Positions 27,753 through 41,795 of a stretch of 64,000 nt of DNA are shown piece after piece; the first letter of the stretch is position 1, and every line of letters starts with the position of its first letter. Made by a program: the position numbers and the translations under genes. Under the pieces are notes generated by a model that worked only from the letters and a program-made list of their open reading frames with translations, had not been told where the DNA came from and made no database searches. Source of the DNA: Eledone cirrhosa (taxonomy: Eukaryota); the NCBI GenBank assembly GCA_964016885.1, contig OZ024741.1, positions 54,746,001-54,810,000 on the forward strand. Reading direction: 5' to 3'.

Positions 27753-27823
<71 letters not shown>

Positions 27824-27861
27824 ATTAAATAAATGGAAAACTATATTTATAAAACCATATT

Positions 27862-27927
27862 TATTTCATTATATATATTTCGGGGATATCATATTAACAA
27901 TATGCTATGCCTTCATCAGACAAAATA
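27862..27927 (-). ncRNA. Type-I hammerhead motif (family A)
   Basis: TATTTTGT CTGATGA AGGCATAGCATATTGTTAATATGATATCCCC GAA ATATATAT A ATGAAATA. Confidence 0.65.
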
Positions 27928-27939
27928 CAATATAAACAG

Positions 27940-28440
<501 letters not shown>

Positions 28441-28712
28441 TACCTGGAGTTGCGACCGATAGATAGTATTAGCAATTGGAAAGACCAACGGAAACATTGT
28501 TCCCTCGGTCCGATTTGACGAAAGTTGATCGTTTCAAAAAATATATATATAACGAAGGAAATGTGGTAAGGAACCAGGTGGACCATAACGTACCAAAGTA
28601 CTCAATACTTAGGGTAGTAGAGTGGGTAATAGGAACGAGTATGACCCCGACGGCTGAGCTCAAGCCACCGAAACGGGTTGAGCTCAGCCGTCGGGGTCCT
28701 ACTCGTTCCTAT

Positions 28713-28761
<49 letters not shown>

Positions 28762-28941
28762 AATAGAATGAAACGAAATTTCATTTCTCACTCTTAGTAC
28801 GGCACTTACTTAAATGTAAGTATGTATGTATGTATACGTACATACATATATGTATAGAGACGTACAGTAGTATGTATATATATACATACATGCACACATA
28901 TATATATGCACGTATCGGTTTACCGAACATTTATTATAATG
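28762..28941 (-). repeat. Dispersed partial copy of the 430-bp hammerhead-bearing unit at 32890-33499
   Basis: Shares GTACTAAGAGTGAGAAATGAAATTTCGTTTCATTC and CATTATAATAAATGTTCGGTAAA in reverse. Confidence 0.8.
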
Positions 28942-28944
28942 CCT

Positions 28945-29640
28945 CCAGGATTTTCCAAATGTATATCACTGCGTATCTCTCTCGTCTTCGTTACAAAGAG
29001 TAGAGGTTCAGTTCTTTTAGCCTCTCCCAGTAGTTTGTCTCCTTCATCGTCGCAATTCTCTTTGTGTAGATTTGCTGGACTGCCTCAAGCTCCGTAGTTA
29101 GTTTGACACTATGGGGTGACAACAGCTGGGAGCAATAGTCCAGGCGGTTTAGGACAAATGTCCTCCATAGTGTCAACATGGTGTCTCGGTCTCTTGTCCG
29201 AAAAGTCCTTAAGATCTAGCCAGCGAGTCGTCTGCACATTGTCGCCACTTTCATGATGTGTAAGGCAAAAGATGCATCGTCGCTCATGTCTATACCCAGG
29301 TCTCGTATCGATTTCGACACGGGAATTTCGGTCCCTCCTGGTCCAGTGTAACTGTGTTGTTCTGTATTTGTGTTTGCAGGTTTGTATTGTAGGGCTTGAA
29401 ATTTTCCAGCATTAAACTGCATGTTGTTGTCTTCTGCTCATTTGTATATGGCATCCAGATCTTGTTGTAAAAGGGCAGCGTCAGCCGGATTTTTTATTGC
29501 CTGTGCTACCTTAGTGTCATCAGCATAGCTATTGAGTGATGTTGTATGTACTACAGAGGGCATGTCTGAGAGAGCCACCAAAAACAGTAATGGTCTCACG
29601 ACTGTGCCCTGGGGCACCCCACTTGTTATTGATGTTTCCT
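28945..29640 (-). mobile_element. CR1/L2-group LINE RT fragment
   Basis: SGVPQGTV..PLLF, SYADDTK, MQFNAGKF, IRDLGI, RLDYCSQL.SP, YWERLKELNLYSL. Confidence 0.88.
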
Positions 29641-29762
29641 TGATGTTTCCTATATAGACATGGCTTCTACATGACTAGAACTGTTTCATTCGGGAGAAAT
29701 CATCCTGATGTTTTCTCCCGAATGAAACAGTTCTAGTCCTGTAGAAGCCTTTTCTATATTAA

Positions 29763-29873
<111 letters not shown>

Positions 29874-29991
29874 TGTGAATTTTGTATATGTAATGATATA
29901 TGGTATGTTTAAGAATAAATATTTGGAAAACCTTCTAGATATGAATATTGAAAAGCTGCCGGCTTGCGCCCACCAGAAATAGCGAGGGTGA

Positions 29992-30038
29992 ACCGCTAAC
30001 GCGTTTCTGGCTCTGGCTCAGGCCGTCATCAGTACAGT
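29992..30038 (-). ncRNA. Minimal hammerhead motif, slightly degenerate
   Basis: ACTGTA CTGATGA CGGC..GCCA GAA ACGCGT T AGCGGT; palindromic stem III; A.A mismatch at the base of stem I. Confidence 0.55.
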
Positions 30039-30346
30039 GCTTCCGCTGCTCACCTCTAGAATTTGAAAACAAGCAAAAATGTATAATTTTTTCGCATATG
30101 TAGATGATTAGCCCCATTTGCATATGCAGCGGTCAAGCCGCCTCATCTTGAAAGTAGAATTAAAGATTTCGTTCCAGCATAGCTGTATATATATATAAGT
30201 ATGTGAATGTTGTGTATCTAATGCTATACGGTAAACATACCGTATGTCATTAGAATTTATAAAATTTACTTACATATATGTATACAACTATATCGGATCG
30301 AAAACCTTTATATATACATGTGTGTATGTATGTGTGTGTGTGTATG

Positions 30347-31165
<819 letters not shown>

Positions 31166-31503
31166 CACAATTAAATTTGTCACAAATAAACATTACATCT
31201 CAATGAAAAGAGATCGTTAAAAGATCTTATTCAAAGAAGTATATAGAGAGAGGGAGTATCTTATACAAAAGTCACTGAAGTGTCGGTCACAGTTAAGTAC
31301 TAGACAGAACACTTCTAAAACAACATTCCCTAGGGATATACTCACATACAAGAAACTGAGCCTTGTCAGGCTCCTTATATTTAGGTTGCCTTAATGTGAG
31401 TATATCCCTAAGGAATGATGCTTGTGAAGTGTTCTTTCGAGTATTTTACTATTATCTATCCTTCAGTGATTTGTATGAAATAATCTTTCTCTCTCTCTCA
31501 TTC

Positions 31504-31609
<106 letters not shown>

Positions 31610-32739
31610 CAAATTAATAAAAACAATGAAATAAAAACAAAGAACATGTTCCTTATATTGAAAAAAAATCATCATTTTACGATCGTTTCTGGGATATATA
31701 TGTGAATGTATATCATATTAAAGATCTATGTAAAAAAAATATTATAAATTATCAGAGGAGATATACATACTTTCACTTATATATGCCATCTTTAGAAATC
31801 ATGAAGTATGTTTATTGAAAGAAAGTATTAATACAAAAAGTCTGTTTGGGAACAGGTTTTGAATTGACCAATAGAAAAGTTAGAGGTCAAGTTGATAGAA
31901 TAACCGTAGTAGAAATGTTATGCTAGGAGTGGAGGAATGTAAATTTATGCTTTGAATGAAAAGAATGGGAAAGAGAAAGATAGGGGTTAAAATTAGGTCA
32001 AGTTAATGAGATAGTGAAGGATTCTCCCCAAAAAATTGATGTTATTAAAGAATGTTGTTAAAAGCATAAGGAAAAGAATTTTATGTGAGATGAGAGTGTT
32101 AGTGAGAAAACTACTCCTGTTTAAATTTTAAGGAACCTAGGTACATAAAAGGAAATTAAAATAAATTGATAGGTATACTTACAGAGTTAAAATGATGTTA
32201 ATTCTTATGGATGTGATAAATAAAGAAGTAAAAGAAATTTTTATTTTAAAAATATATAGAGAGAGAGAGATAAAGACTGAAATAGATAAAATTTTATAAA
32301 AAGTAGTGTATCTATCTAAACAACCGTAATATTAAAGATATTAATTATATTTACTAATCCTAGGTATTGAATGTGTTAGCTAGGGGATGCGGTTAAAACA
32401 AGTAGTGAGGTTAAAGATAACTTAAGGTAAAGTGAGCTGCAAGTGGGAAATAAAATTATGAAATTCTTTGTAGTAAATATTTAATTATAGGTAAACTAAA
32501 TTTTAAAAAAATTATTATAATAATTTGTAAAATATAAGAGTGAGGTATATATTAATTAAGTTTATAGTATTTTAAGGTTTTTCTAATTCTATGAAATCAT
32601 GATATAATTAATTCCTGTCGCTTATTTAATAGGATATCATTAGATTTCATGATTTCAAATAGTTCTTGGGAGCTTAACCTACACTCATATCTACTATTTT
32701 GATATGTGGTTTATATGACTGTCTTCTTCTATCCACTAA

Positions 32740-32889
32740 TCTTAGCCTATCGAAAATTGAAAGAAATAAAAAACTTATTAGAACTTTCCTCAAAGACTAT
32801 TATAATCTCATTTGAAAATACCAGTAAAATAGTCAATTTCTTAGATATAACTATGGACCTATCTACAGGTATCTACCAACCTTACCATA
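32740..32889 (+). mobile_element. Penelope RT fragment
   Basis: KIVNFLDITMDLSTGIYQPYH parallels SIVNYLDVTLNLSNGLHYPYR in the 19915..20547 ORF. Confidence 0.7.
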
Positions 32890-33492
32890 CGATGGTTGCC
32901 GAGCACTGTACGGCGTAATTCGGGCTGTTTGTTTACAAACAAACCGAACATTATAATAAATGTTCAGTAAACCCATACGTATATATATATGTGTGTGTGC
33001 ATGTATGTATATATATACATACTACTGTGCGTCTGAACACATATGTGTATGTACGTATACTTACTTATATTTAGGTATCAGTCGTACTAAGAGTGAGAAA
33101 TGAAATTTCGTTTCATTCTTTTCCATTTATCGTTTTCGGTATGCCCGGTCGACTAACTCACTCGATATGCAAATTAGGCTGCTTAGCCGTTAATATGCAT
33201 AAGGAAAGTATATACTTTCAGACGTTCAATCATCTGATAGAAAGGTATACGATGCTGACGATAGCTAATAAGCTTGAAACTAGTACATCGTCCCTGTGTC
33301 AGTGCTGAACAAAAGAGCGACGATGGTTGCCGAGCACTGTACGGCGTGATTCGGGCTGTTTGTTTACAAACAAACCGAGCATTATAATAAATGTTCGGTA
33401 AATCCATACGTACATATATATAAGTGTGCATGTATGTATATATATACATACTACTGTGCGTCTGTACACATATATGTATGTACGTATACATA

Positions 33493-33499
<7 letters not shown>
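32890..33499 (+). mobile_element. ~1.4 tandem units of a ~430-bp hammerhead-containing (retrozyme-like) repeat
   Basis: 32890-33070 is directly repeated at 33321-33499, with a hammerhead between the two copies. Confidence 0.7.
33249..33291 (+). ncRNA. Minimal type-I hammerhead ribozyme
   Basis: ACGATG CTGACGA TAGCTAATAAGCTT GAA ACTAGT A CATCGT: perfect 6-bp stem I, AGCT/AGCT stem II, palindromic stem III, GUA cleavage triplet. Confidence 0.85.
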
Positions 33500-33550
<51 letters not shown>

Positions 33551-34117
33551 TACTTTGGGAGGGTTGCCGATAAGAAACACACGCACCAGTTGTATCACTC
33601 CAATTTATTATAAATTAATAAAAACAAATATTTAATTTAAAAAAAAAAAATTTTTTTTAATTTATAAATTTCTGGTTGGTGGGTTGGTTCCACAACCGGA
33701 CGGTTGTTCATATATTGTAGAACCAACCAACCAACCGGAAATTTATAAATTTCTTTAAAAAAATTTTTATTTTTTAATCTTTAAAAAATTTTTTTAATTT
33801 ATAATATGGAGTGAAAGCAACTGGTGCGTGTGTTTCTTATTGGCAACATGACCCTCCCAAAATATAACAATATCGGTTTCAACACACGTTTCCAGATAAA
33901 GAATCTTGCTAAAGAAATTCAGAAACAAAATATATATATATATATATATATATAAATGGAGTCCAGAAATAGCCGTGTAAACGGCTTGAGCTCTGCCGTC
34001 AGGGTCTTGAACACTTTCCTATTACCCACTCTACCACCCTAAGTATTGAGGACTCTGGTGCGTTATGGCCCTTGTGGTTCGTTACCATTCTTCCTTCGTT
34101 GTATATATATATATATG

Positions 34118-34466
34118 ATATTCAAATCAACAAACAGCGAAAGACGCGTTCCGAATTGTCCGACAGACAACCTTTTCCCCCACCCCGGAAAAAACCCCAG
34201 TTGATGGATGTGAATCCGAAATATATAGGGACTATTAAATCTCTCCCAAGGTAACTCTCTCTCCTGTGTTGTTATTATTATTTTTACCCTTTCACTCTTC
34301 CCTTCATTCTACACACCACGCATCTCAACGTACACCCACTTACATATCTCTCTCTCCTCCACCGGACCCTGTTACCCGGAGATTTACCCATTTGCATTGT
34401 CGAGGCTTCCAAACGACTTATAAATATTTACTTATTGTTGCACAATGCTTCAAGCAAACTTCAATA

Positions 34467-34475
<9 letters not shown>
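34118..34475 (+). mobile_element. Solo pLTR/3' UTR copy of the 22-24 kb Penelope element
   Basis: Near-identical to 23650-24025; flanked by (TA)n. Confidence 0.9.
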
Positions 34476-34503
<28 letters not shown>

Positions 34504-34613
34504 AGCTCCGGACGTTTCGACAGCTAGTACCCACTCTACCACCTTAAGTATCGAGTACTCTGGTGCGTTATGGTCCACCTGGTTCCTTATCACACTTTCT
34601 TCGTTTTATACAA

Positions 34614-34751
<138 letters not shown>

Positions 34752-34762
34752 GAGAGAGAGAG

Positions 34763-34815
<53 letters not shown>

Positions 34816-35076
34816 TGTTTCTTTTATTTGCCACCAGGGCATCAAAAGTGGGACAAGTACAATGGGGGGAGTTTACAAAACAAGGCGTCCTCAATAAGGA
34901 GGAGGCAATAACAAAATATTAAATAAAATAAAATATAACAGAATAATATATATAACAAAATCCTCAATAGAGAGGAGGCGCCTTGGGGGGTCGTACACAC
35001 CTCCGAAAAAAGTGTGCAACCCTTTTCCTCAGAAGCACAGAGAAGGGGTGCTCCCTTGGTCTTTCATCTTCCTCAC

Positions 35077-38000
35077 CTATAGTCTGATGTAGAGTGAAGG
35101 CCCATTCACACGGGCCATTCTCGCCACTTTCACCCATCTTTCATAAAAACGGCTGGGGTGCAGCACCTCTCTCTCCATCCTGATCCTTCTTCCGAAATGA
35201 TATCGGAAGAAACTGACCAGTTGTTGGCCAGAGAGAAAGGTGTCTGACCTCAGTCCTTTCAGACGCGTCCACCATACAACCTCTTTCGCCATGGCTATTA
35301 CGCACAGAAACACCGCCTCTCCTTCGTTTTTGAAGAGGGGAGGCGGCTTGATCGTTACAATAGACTCGGTGGTCAACCGGATCGGTCCCACCCTTGACAG
35401 CAGTTGTTCGACATAGCCCCACAGATCGGCAATGCCCGAGCAGTGTACCAATGCGTGTGCAACGGTTTCCTCGTCGCACACGCATCTGGGACAGATCTTT
35501 TTCGAGGGGTCCCTACCCCGGCGCCCGTGTCTGTAGAGCCTTTCTCGAACGGGCAGAGCCCTTCTGTAGCACTGCCAGGCCAGGGACCTCTGGAAGTTAT
35601 CCATGGGTCCCGGGCTGAATGTCCTACAGAACAGGTTGTCCAGTTCGTCTTCCTCCATGCCTAGGGCTTCTCCGAGGGCGTCGTCGCACCTGCTAACCAC
35701 CAGCCCTCTATAGAATGACGAGGTGGATTCTCCACTGACAGTCGGGTCCGCCTGCCAGAGAGCCGTGAGCGCCTGGGCACACTCGGTGTGCCAGGCGCCC
35801 AGTTTTCTCGGTCTTTGCTTACCCATGATTGCAGCTCGGTGAGTGAGACGAGTCTGGGAAAGGCTCGCCTCACAAACGGGTCCCACACCGGTTGACCAGA
35901 GAGGAATATCTGGAGGTGCCGTAGCCTTAATGCGTGTTTACGTATCATTAGCCACGGCATCCCCAGCCCTCCTTTCGAAGGGTGTTGACAGCAGATGGAT
36001 CTCCTCACCATAGGAGCCCGCTTCTTCCAAAGGAATTGGAAGAGTGCGCGCTCCATTTTGGCGAGCGTTTCCCTTGGGCAAGGCACAACGGTCAGGCGGT
36101 AGTAGATGACGGACGCTATATAAGTGTTCGCCACCTCCGCCCGACCTTTCAGGGACAGTTTGCACTCGGCCCACTTCTGGGTCAGTGCAAACACCCTGTT
36201 CATTACCTCACCCCAGTTCTTCTCCACCTGGAGGTCTGGTCCGAACCAGACCCCGAGCAACTTCACCGGGCCCTCCGTCCAGCGCCCGAAGATGCCATCG
36301 GAGGGCATCGATCTGCCCCTCCACGTGCCGAGTTGCAGACCGATAGACTTGTCCCGGTTCAGCTTAGCCCCTGTAAACCTTTCGTACTCCTCCAGTAAGG
36401 TGCCGATCGCCCCGAAATCCGAGGCCGTAGACACCATTACTGTTACGTCGTCGGCGTAGGCCGACACCGCTTTCCGCAATCCCGGTTCCAACAGGATGCC
36501 CTGCAACAACTCCAACTTCCGCAGCAGTGGCTCTAGAGTCATTACTTACAGAAGGGAGGAGAGAGGGTACCCCTGTCGGATGGACCGCGCGATTTCGAAC
36601 GGCTCCGAGAGGTAGCCGTTCACCTTGACCCTAGAGCAGATGCGGCTGCTGTGTATGGCATTGATCCAGTCCCTGAAAACGGGTCCGAAGCCTGCCGCCG
36701 CTAGCACCGCATCCAGGTAACCATGGTCGACCCTATCGAATGCCTTAGATTGATCCAAGTTGATCAGGGACCCACCAAAGCCGGGTTCGTTCCCAACCCT
36801 CTCTATGATGTATCGCATGAGGTGGAAGTTGTCGTGGATGGACCTGGACGGGATAGCACATGTCTGCGCATCTCCCACCAGGTTGCCCACGACAAGCGCC
36901 AACGTGTTTGCTAGCACCTTGGCCAAAATCTGTAACTCTGTATTTAGCAGAGTTATGGGCCTGAAATTATTTACATCGTCCCCCTTGTTATCATCCTTCC
37001 TCACTAGCGTGACTACGCCCTTGGTCACAGCACAGGGAATTCTCCCGTTCTGTTGCCAGTTGCAGTAGATCGCCTCGAGGAGATCGGGGAACAAGTCCGG
37101 CATAGCTAGATATAGTTCGTATGGAAGACCATCGAGACCCGGGGATTTGCGTTTGCGGCATTGGCTCAGCACGTCCTCTATCTCAGCGGCTGAAATCGGC
37201 TCCTCGCAGGACTTCGCGTCCCTGTCCGAGAGACGCGGCAGGCCGTCGAGGTATGGACCGAGTCCACATCCCCAACCGGCCCCCCGCCCCTTCCGAACAA
37301 TCCGGCAAAGTGCTTTTGAAAAGCCTCGCACATCTGCTTAGGTTCAAGGATCACCCGTCCATCCTGGTCTCGCAAAGACCGGATAGTGGATCTGCTCCCT
37401 CTTTTGGATTCTGTCACGCGGGCCCAGCTAACAGCTTTGGTCCCCTCGTTTCCCTGAGCACGTATTTTGCTTCGGACGATGCAGCCTTCGTGTTTCGCGT
37501 CGAAGAACTGGCCCAGGGCCGTTCTCGACGCTAGCACTCTGGCCACGTCGCCGCTTCTAATTGCCTCTTCTACACTATCTACCAACTCCCTTTCCTTCCT
37601 GTTTCTATTAGAGGCTAACTCCTTACTAAATTCTATAGAGATCCCCACCACCTGCTGTTGACGATGGCGCCCGTCAACCGCTCCTTAACTAAAGTGCTAA
37701 TCCGGTCCCTGTAAGTCTTACTTGCCGGTAAGGACAATTTGAGCTTCCAGTAACCGGGTCCCTGTCTATGAGTTCTGTCAAGGTTGACCATGCAGGTCAC
37801 AAACTTGTGGTCTGAATAGCCAACCATGCGCATTTTTGAACAACTTAAAAAGTCCTTATCCTTAATTTCAACTAAGAACCTATCTAGGTACGACCTAGAT
37901 GATCCGCTACGATTTGCCCATATCCAGGTTGGCGCAGTGGGACAATCTAGTCGATATCTATTGGCCGGGTCAAATCGACCGATTAACCCTTTGAGGCTAT

Positions 38001-38490
38001 TGCACCCCTCTCTATCGGGACAGGCCCCTACGTAGTCCCAGCGTGCATCTAGGATACCATTCCAGTCCCCCACTAATAGCAAGGAGCGGGACGTCCCTAG
38101 AAAAGTCTCCAGACGATGGAAGAAGTCCGGCTGCATTGACCCGAAAGGGCCGTAGGCGGCTACCAACCTAAACGCTCCGCCTTCACCACTGCCAAGGTCC
38201 AGAACCACTAGTCGACCCTTCGGGTCCAAATGTACCATCTGTGTTGCGAGACCCAGATGTTTTTGCAGCAGGACGACAACCCCACCCCCACCTCCGGGCT
38301 GACAGAGAGATGCGTGCATCTCAAAGTCATCAAAGGTGCGGGCCAGCTGTCGCACGTTGCTGATCCGGGCCTCGCAAATAACCATCACATCTATACGTTG
38401 TGAGGTCCTGAGGTCATTTAGAAGCATTGCTTGCTTCCAAGTTGAGCCCAGGCCACGCGCATTTAAACAGCCTACTCTTAGCATAGCCAT
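35077..38490 (-). pseudogene. Tx1-like ORF2 (AP endonuclease, reverse transcriptase, C-terminal zinc-binding domain), frameshifted
   Basis: LNARGL, GDWN, SYLDRF, YSDHK, GPGYWKL; KSPGLDGLPYE, FRPITLLN, DQSKAFDRVDH, IRQGYPLS, AYADDV; CPRC...ETVAHALVHC. Confidence 0.92.
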
Positions 38491-38499
38491 GTTGGTGGT

Positions 38500-40464
38500 G
38501 AAGAGAAAAGGCACTTACCTCTCTGCGTCCCGGGTATCGGGCTGTACAATTTCCATGAGGGTGGGGGATGGGTTGTTGGGTGGGGTGGTGGTTTATGGCG
38601 GGGTGGGGTCGGATGTGTTTGGTGGGGAAGGTGTGTCTGGTGGGGGTGGGGATGACTTGGGTGGGGGTTCCTGTGGTGGGGAGGCCTTTGTAGAGGACGC
38701 GGTTGATTGGTTTCACGCAGGAATTCCCCACGTCCTCTATGTTTCTTTTAGCGATCTATAAGTTCCTATAGGGACCCTGATCAGTTTTAGGTTCATTTTT
38801 TTGTTTTTGTTGGAGCTATCCAAAGTGTTCCCTTCGGTTTTGACCAAAGGGTTGTTTCTGATGGTCTCCATCAGTGTTCTATTTTCTTCGTTTATGTAAG
38901 TGTATGTGTACTTTTCCTGTGTTGTGTTTGTTTTTGTCTGTGGTTCCTGCACGTGTTTTCTTTTTGTTGTGGGTGTGTTTTCGGGAGGGGGAACTTTTGT
39001 TTGTGATTTTTGTGCTGTTTGTGCTGGTGTTTGTGTGTTTGTTTCGTTTTTGTTCATGCGGTTCTTTCTTTTTATTCTTTTCACGGGTTGGAAGGGTTCC
39101 TCCTCATCGCCGCTGGGTGCCGTCGATAGGGGTTCCTCATCCGTGTTGATGGGTAGGGGTATGTTTTGGGGTTCTGTAGTGTCTGTGTGTGTTTTTGTAT
39201 TTGTTTTGGGTGGGGAGGAGTTGGGTGGAATATTGTTCTCTGTTGTTTTTTCTTGTTGTCGTGGTGGTGGTGGTGGTGGTGGTTGTTGTGTTGTTATTTG
39301 TGGTGTTGGTAAAAGTGTTTTTTTTTTGTCAATTGAGGACAGGCAGCCCTTAGGTGACCTCTGCCTGCGCAGCGGTAACATGCGGACCGCCTACCCTCAA
39401 CCGAAATGTTTATGTAGGTCTGTCCATCCAGAAGTACTCTCTGTGGGATTTTCATTATACGTTCTGGGCTCATCTGCACCAGAATTTCGATACTAGTCCC
39501 ACTAAATATATCTCTGGAGGATTTTCCTACTGAGATCAAAGTGTCTTGTTCAAGGTCAATTAGGCCATAAAGTATCCACCAAATATTTACTTTGGGTCTT
39601 ATACATGTAATTTTTATTTTTTGCGTTCTTTTCCCCATATATGTAGGGAAAAATGTAAAATGAGTGGACACAATGGGCGCGATGGAATATTTTTGTGCTG
39701 TTATGTTGTTTTTCATTAGCACCGAGATGCTGCCGAAAAGTTTGGCTTTCTGAATAAATAAAATGTTATCCATGTGGTTACTTAATACTAGCTCAATCTC
39801 ACTCTGAGATAGTTGAGCTGGTTTTTTTGATGCATTTGAGATTGTCCTGAAAACCACCGTGTTCAGGGCATTTTCTCTCCTTAGTTCTTGTGGTGAATTT
39901 ATGCTAAATGACCCATTGGGTCCAAAAGTCACATATTGTTTAGCATCTTCCAACTTTTGTTTCGCGTTGGTTAAATCCAAAAGTTGAAATATTTCTGGGT
40001 TTTTTTACGGTATCAGCAAAAGAAATTTTGCTGTTGTTGTCACTGTTGTTTGTATTTTCTTTGGTGTTTGTGTTGACATTTTTTTCCTTTTGATTGGTAT
40101 TGTTGGATGTGTTTTCAATTTTTTCATTTTCTGTATTTTTTGGTGTCTGTTGTGGGCTGTTATTTTCATTTTTTGTTGTGTGAAATTCCCTTTCTTTACG
40201 AAAGGAAGTGTTTACTACATATGTGACGTTTGTGTTGTTGTTGTTTTTGTTGTCTTTATTGTTGCTGTTGTTGTCGTTGTTGTTGTTGTTTTCAGTTTCT
40301 TGTATAGTTGTGGCTACATCAAGTTGTCGGTCAACAGGTGAAGAAAATTCTTCCTTTGGCTGACCTCTGCCTTTGGCATCTGCTGCTGTGACAGTGGCAG
40401 GGGGAAGCTGTGAGTATGACTTCCCTTTTCTTTCTTTGATTGTTGGTGAAGATGCTTCAGCCAT
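38500..40464 (-). pseudogene. Tx1-like ORF1 (gag-like nucleic-acid-binding protein), frameshifted
   Basis: Low-complexity N-terminus, ISFADTVK, CYRCAGRGHLRAAC zinc knuckle, Pro/Thr-rich tail; lies directly upstream of ORF2. Confidence 0.8.
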
Positions 40465-40691
40465 TTTTCCCAAAAAATGATTTTTCGAAATTTTTGAAAG
40501 ATAAAATGTTTACAACACTATTTCGCCTAAAGGCGTAGAATATTTTGAGAGACTGACCAGATCAAAATTTGACCTGGCAGTCCCTCTACAAAATGGTCCG
40601 AAAATGAAAGTTTACAGTTCACAATTTCCAGATAAATTTAAACGAAACTTACCGAGCGAGGTCAGCACATGTGTCCATCGTAGATAGATAT

Positions 40692-40785
40692 ATTTCTTTA
40701 TTAGCCACAGGGGCACAAAAGAAGGGGACAAATACAAAGGGGGAAGTTTACATACAATAAAAACGTGTAAAATGTTATCACATCG
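40692..40785 (-). mobile_element. ~95-bp 3' tip of a sister Tx1-like subfamily, between two (TAGA)n runs
   Basis: Matches the reverse complement of 54805-54897. Confidence 0.85.
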
Positions 40786-40822
<37 letters not shown>

Positions 40823-40825
<3 letters not shown>

Positions 40826-41795
40826 TTTCTTTTTATTTGCCACCAGGGCATCAAAAAGTGGGACAAGTACAATGGGGGGAGTTTACATAACAAGGCGTCC
40901 TCAATAAGGAGGAGGCAATAACAATGTATAAAAATAAAATAAAATATAACAAAATAGATTTTATAACAAAATCCTCAATAGGGAGGAGGCGCCTTGGGGG
41001 GTCGCACACACCCCCGAAAAAAGTGTGCAACCCTTTCTCCTCAAGAGCACAGAGAGGGGGTGCTCCCTTGATTTTTCATCTTCCTCACCTATAGTCTGAT
41101 GTAGAGTGAAGGCCCATTCACACGGGCCATTCTCGCCACTTTCACCCATCTTTCATAAAAACGGCTGGGGTGCAGCACCTCTCTCGCCATCCTGATCCTT
41201 CTTCCGAAATGATATCGGAAGAAACGGACCAGTTGTTGTCCAGAGAGAAAGGTGTCTGACCTCAGTCCTTTCAGACGCGTCCACCATACAACCTCTTTCG
41301 CCATGGCTATTACGCACAGAAACACCGCCTCTCCTTCGTTTTTGAAGAGGGGACGCGGCTTGATCGTTACAATAGACTCGGTGGTCAACCGGATCGGTCC
41401 CACCCTTGACAGCAGTTGTTCGACATAGCCCCACAGATCGGCAATGACCGAGCAGTGTACCAATGCGTGTGCATCGGTTTCCTCGTCGCACACGCATCTG
41501 GGACAGATCTTTTTCGAGGGGTCCCTACCCCGGCGCCCGTGTCTGTAGAGCCTTTCTCGACCGGGCAGAGCCCCTCTGTAGCACTGCCAGGCCAGGGACC
41601 TCTGGAAGTTATCCATGGATCCCGGGCTGAATGTCCTACCGAACAGGTTGTCCAGTTCGTCTTCCTCCATGCCTAGGGCTTCTCCTAGGGCGTCGTCGCA
41701 CCTGCTAACCACCAGCCCTCTATAGAATGACGAGGTTGATTCTCCACTGACAGCCGGGTCCGCCTGTCTGAGAGCCGTGAGCGCCTGGGCACACT
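40823..41795 (-). mobile_element. 5'-truncated Tx1-like copy flanked by (TAGA)n on both sides
   Basis: Near-identical to 34815-35783; (GATA)n at 40786-40822 and 41796-41833. Confidence 0.95.

Larger units (their letters stand above)
34815..40680 (-). mobile_element. Near full-length Tx1/L1-clade non-LTR retrotransposon flanked by (TAGA)n
   Basis: 5' UTR, ORF1 with CCHC knuckle, ORF2 APE-RT-zinc finger, 3' UTR; (GATA)n at 34763-34814 and 40681-40690. Confidence 0.93.

Noticed and set aside
35404-39496. Plus-strand ORFs overlapping the LINE
   Set aside because: Antisense shadows of GC-rich or low-complexity LINE coding sequence
35077-40464. Programmed frameshifting in the Tx1-like ORFs
   Set aside because: Multiple scattered indels and stops are better explained by decay or sequencing error
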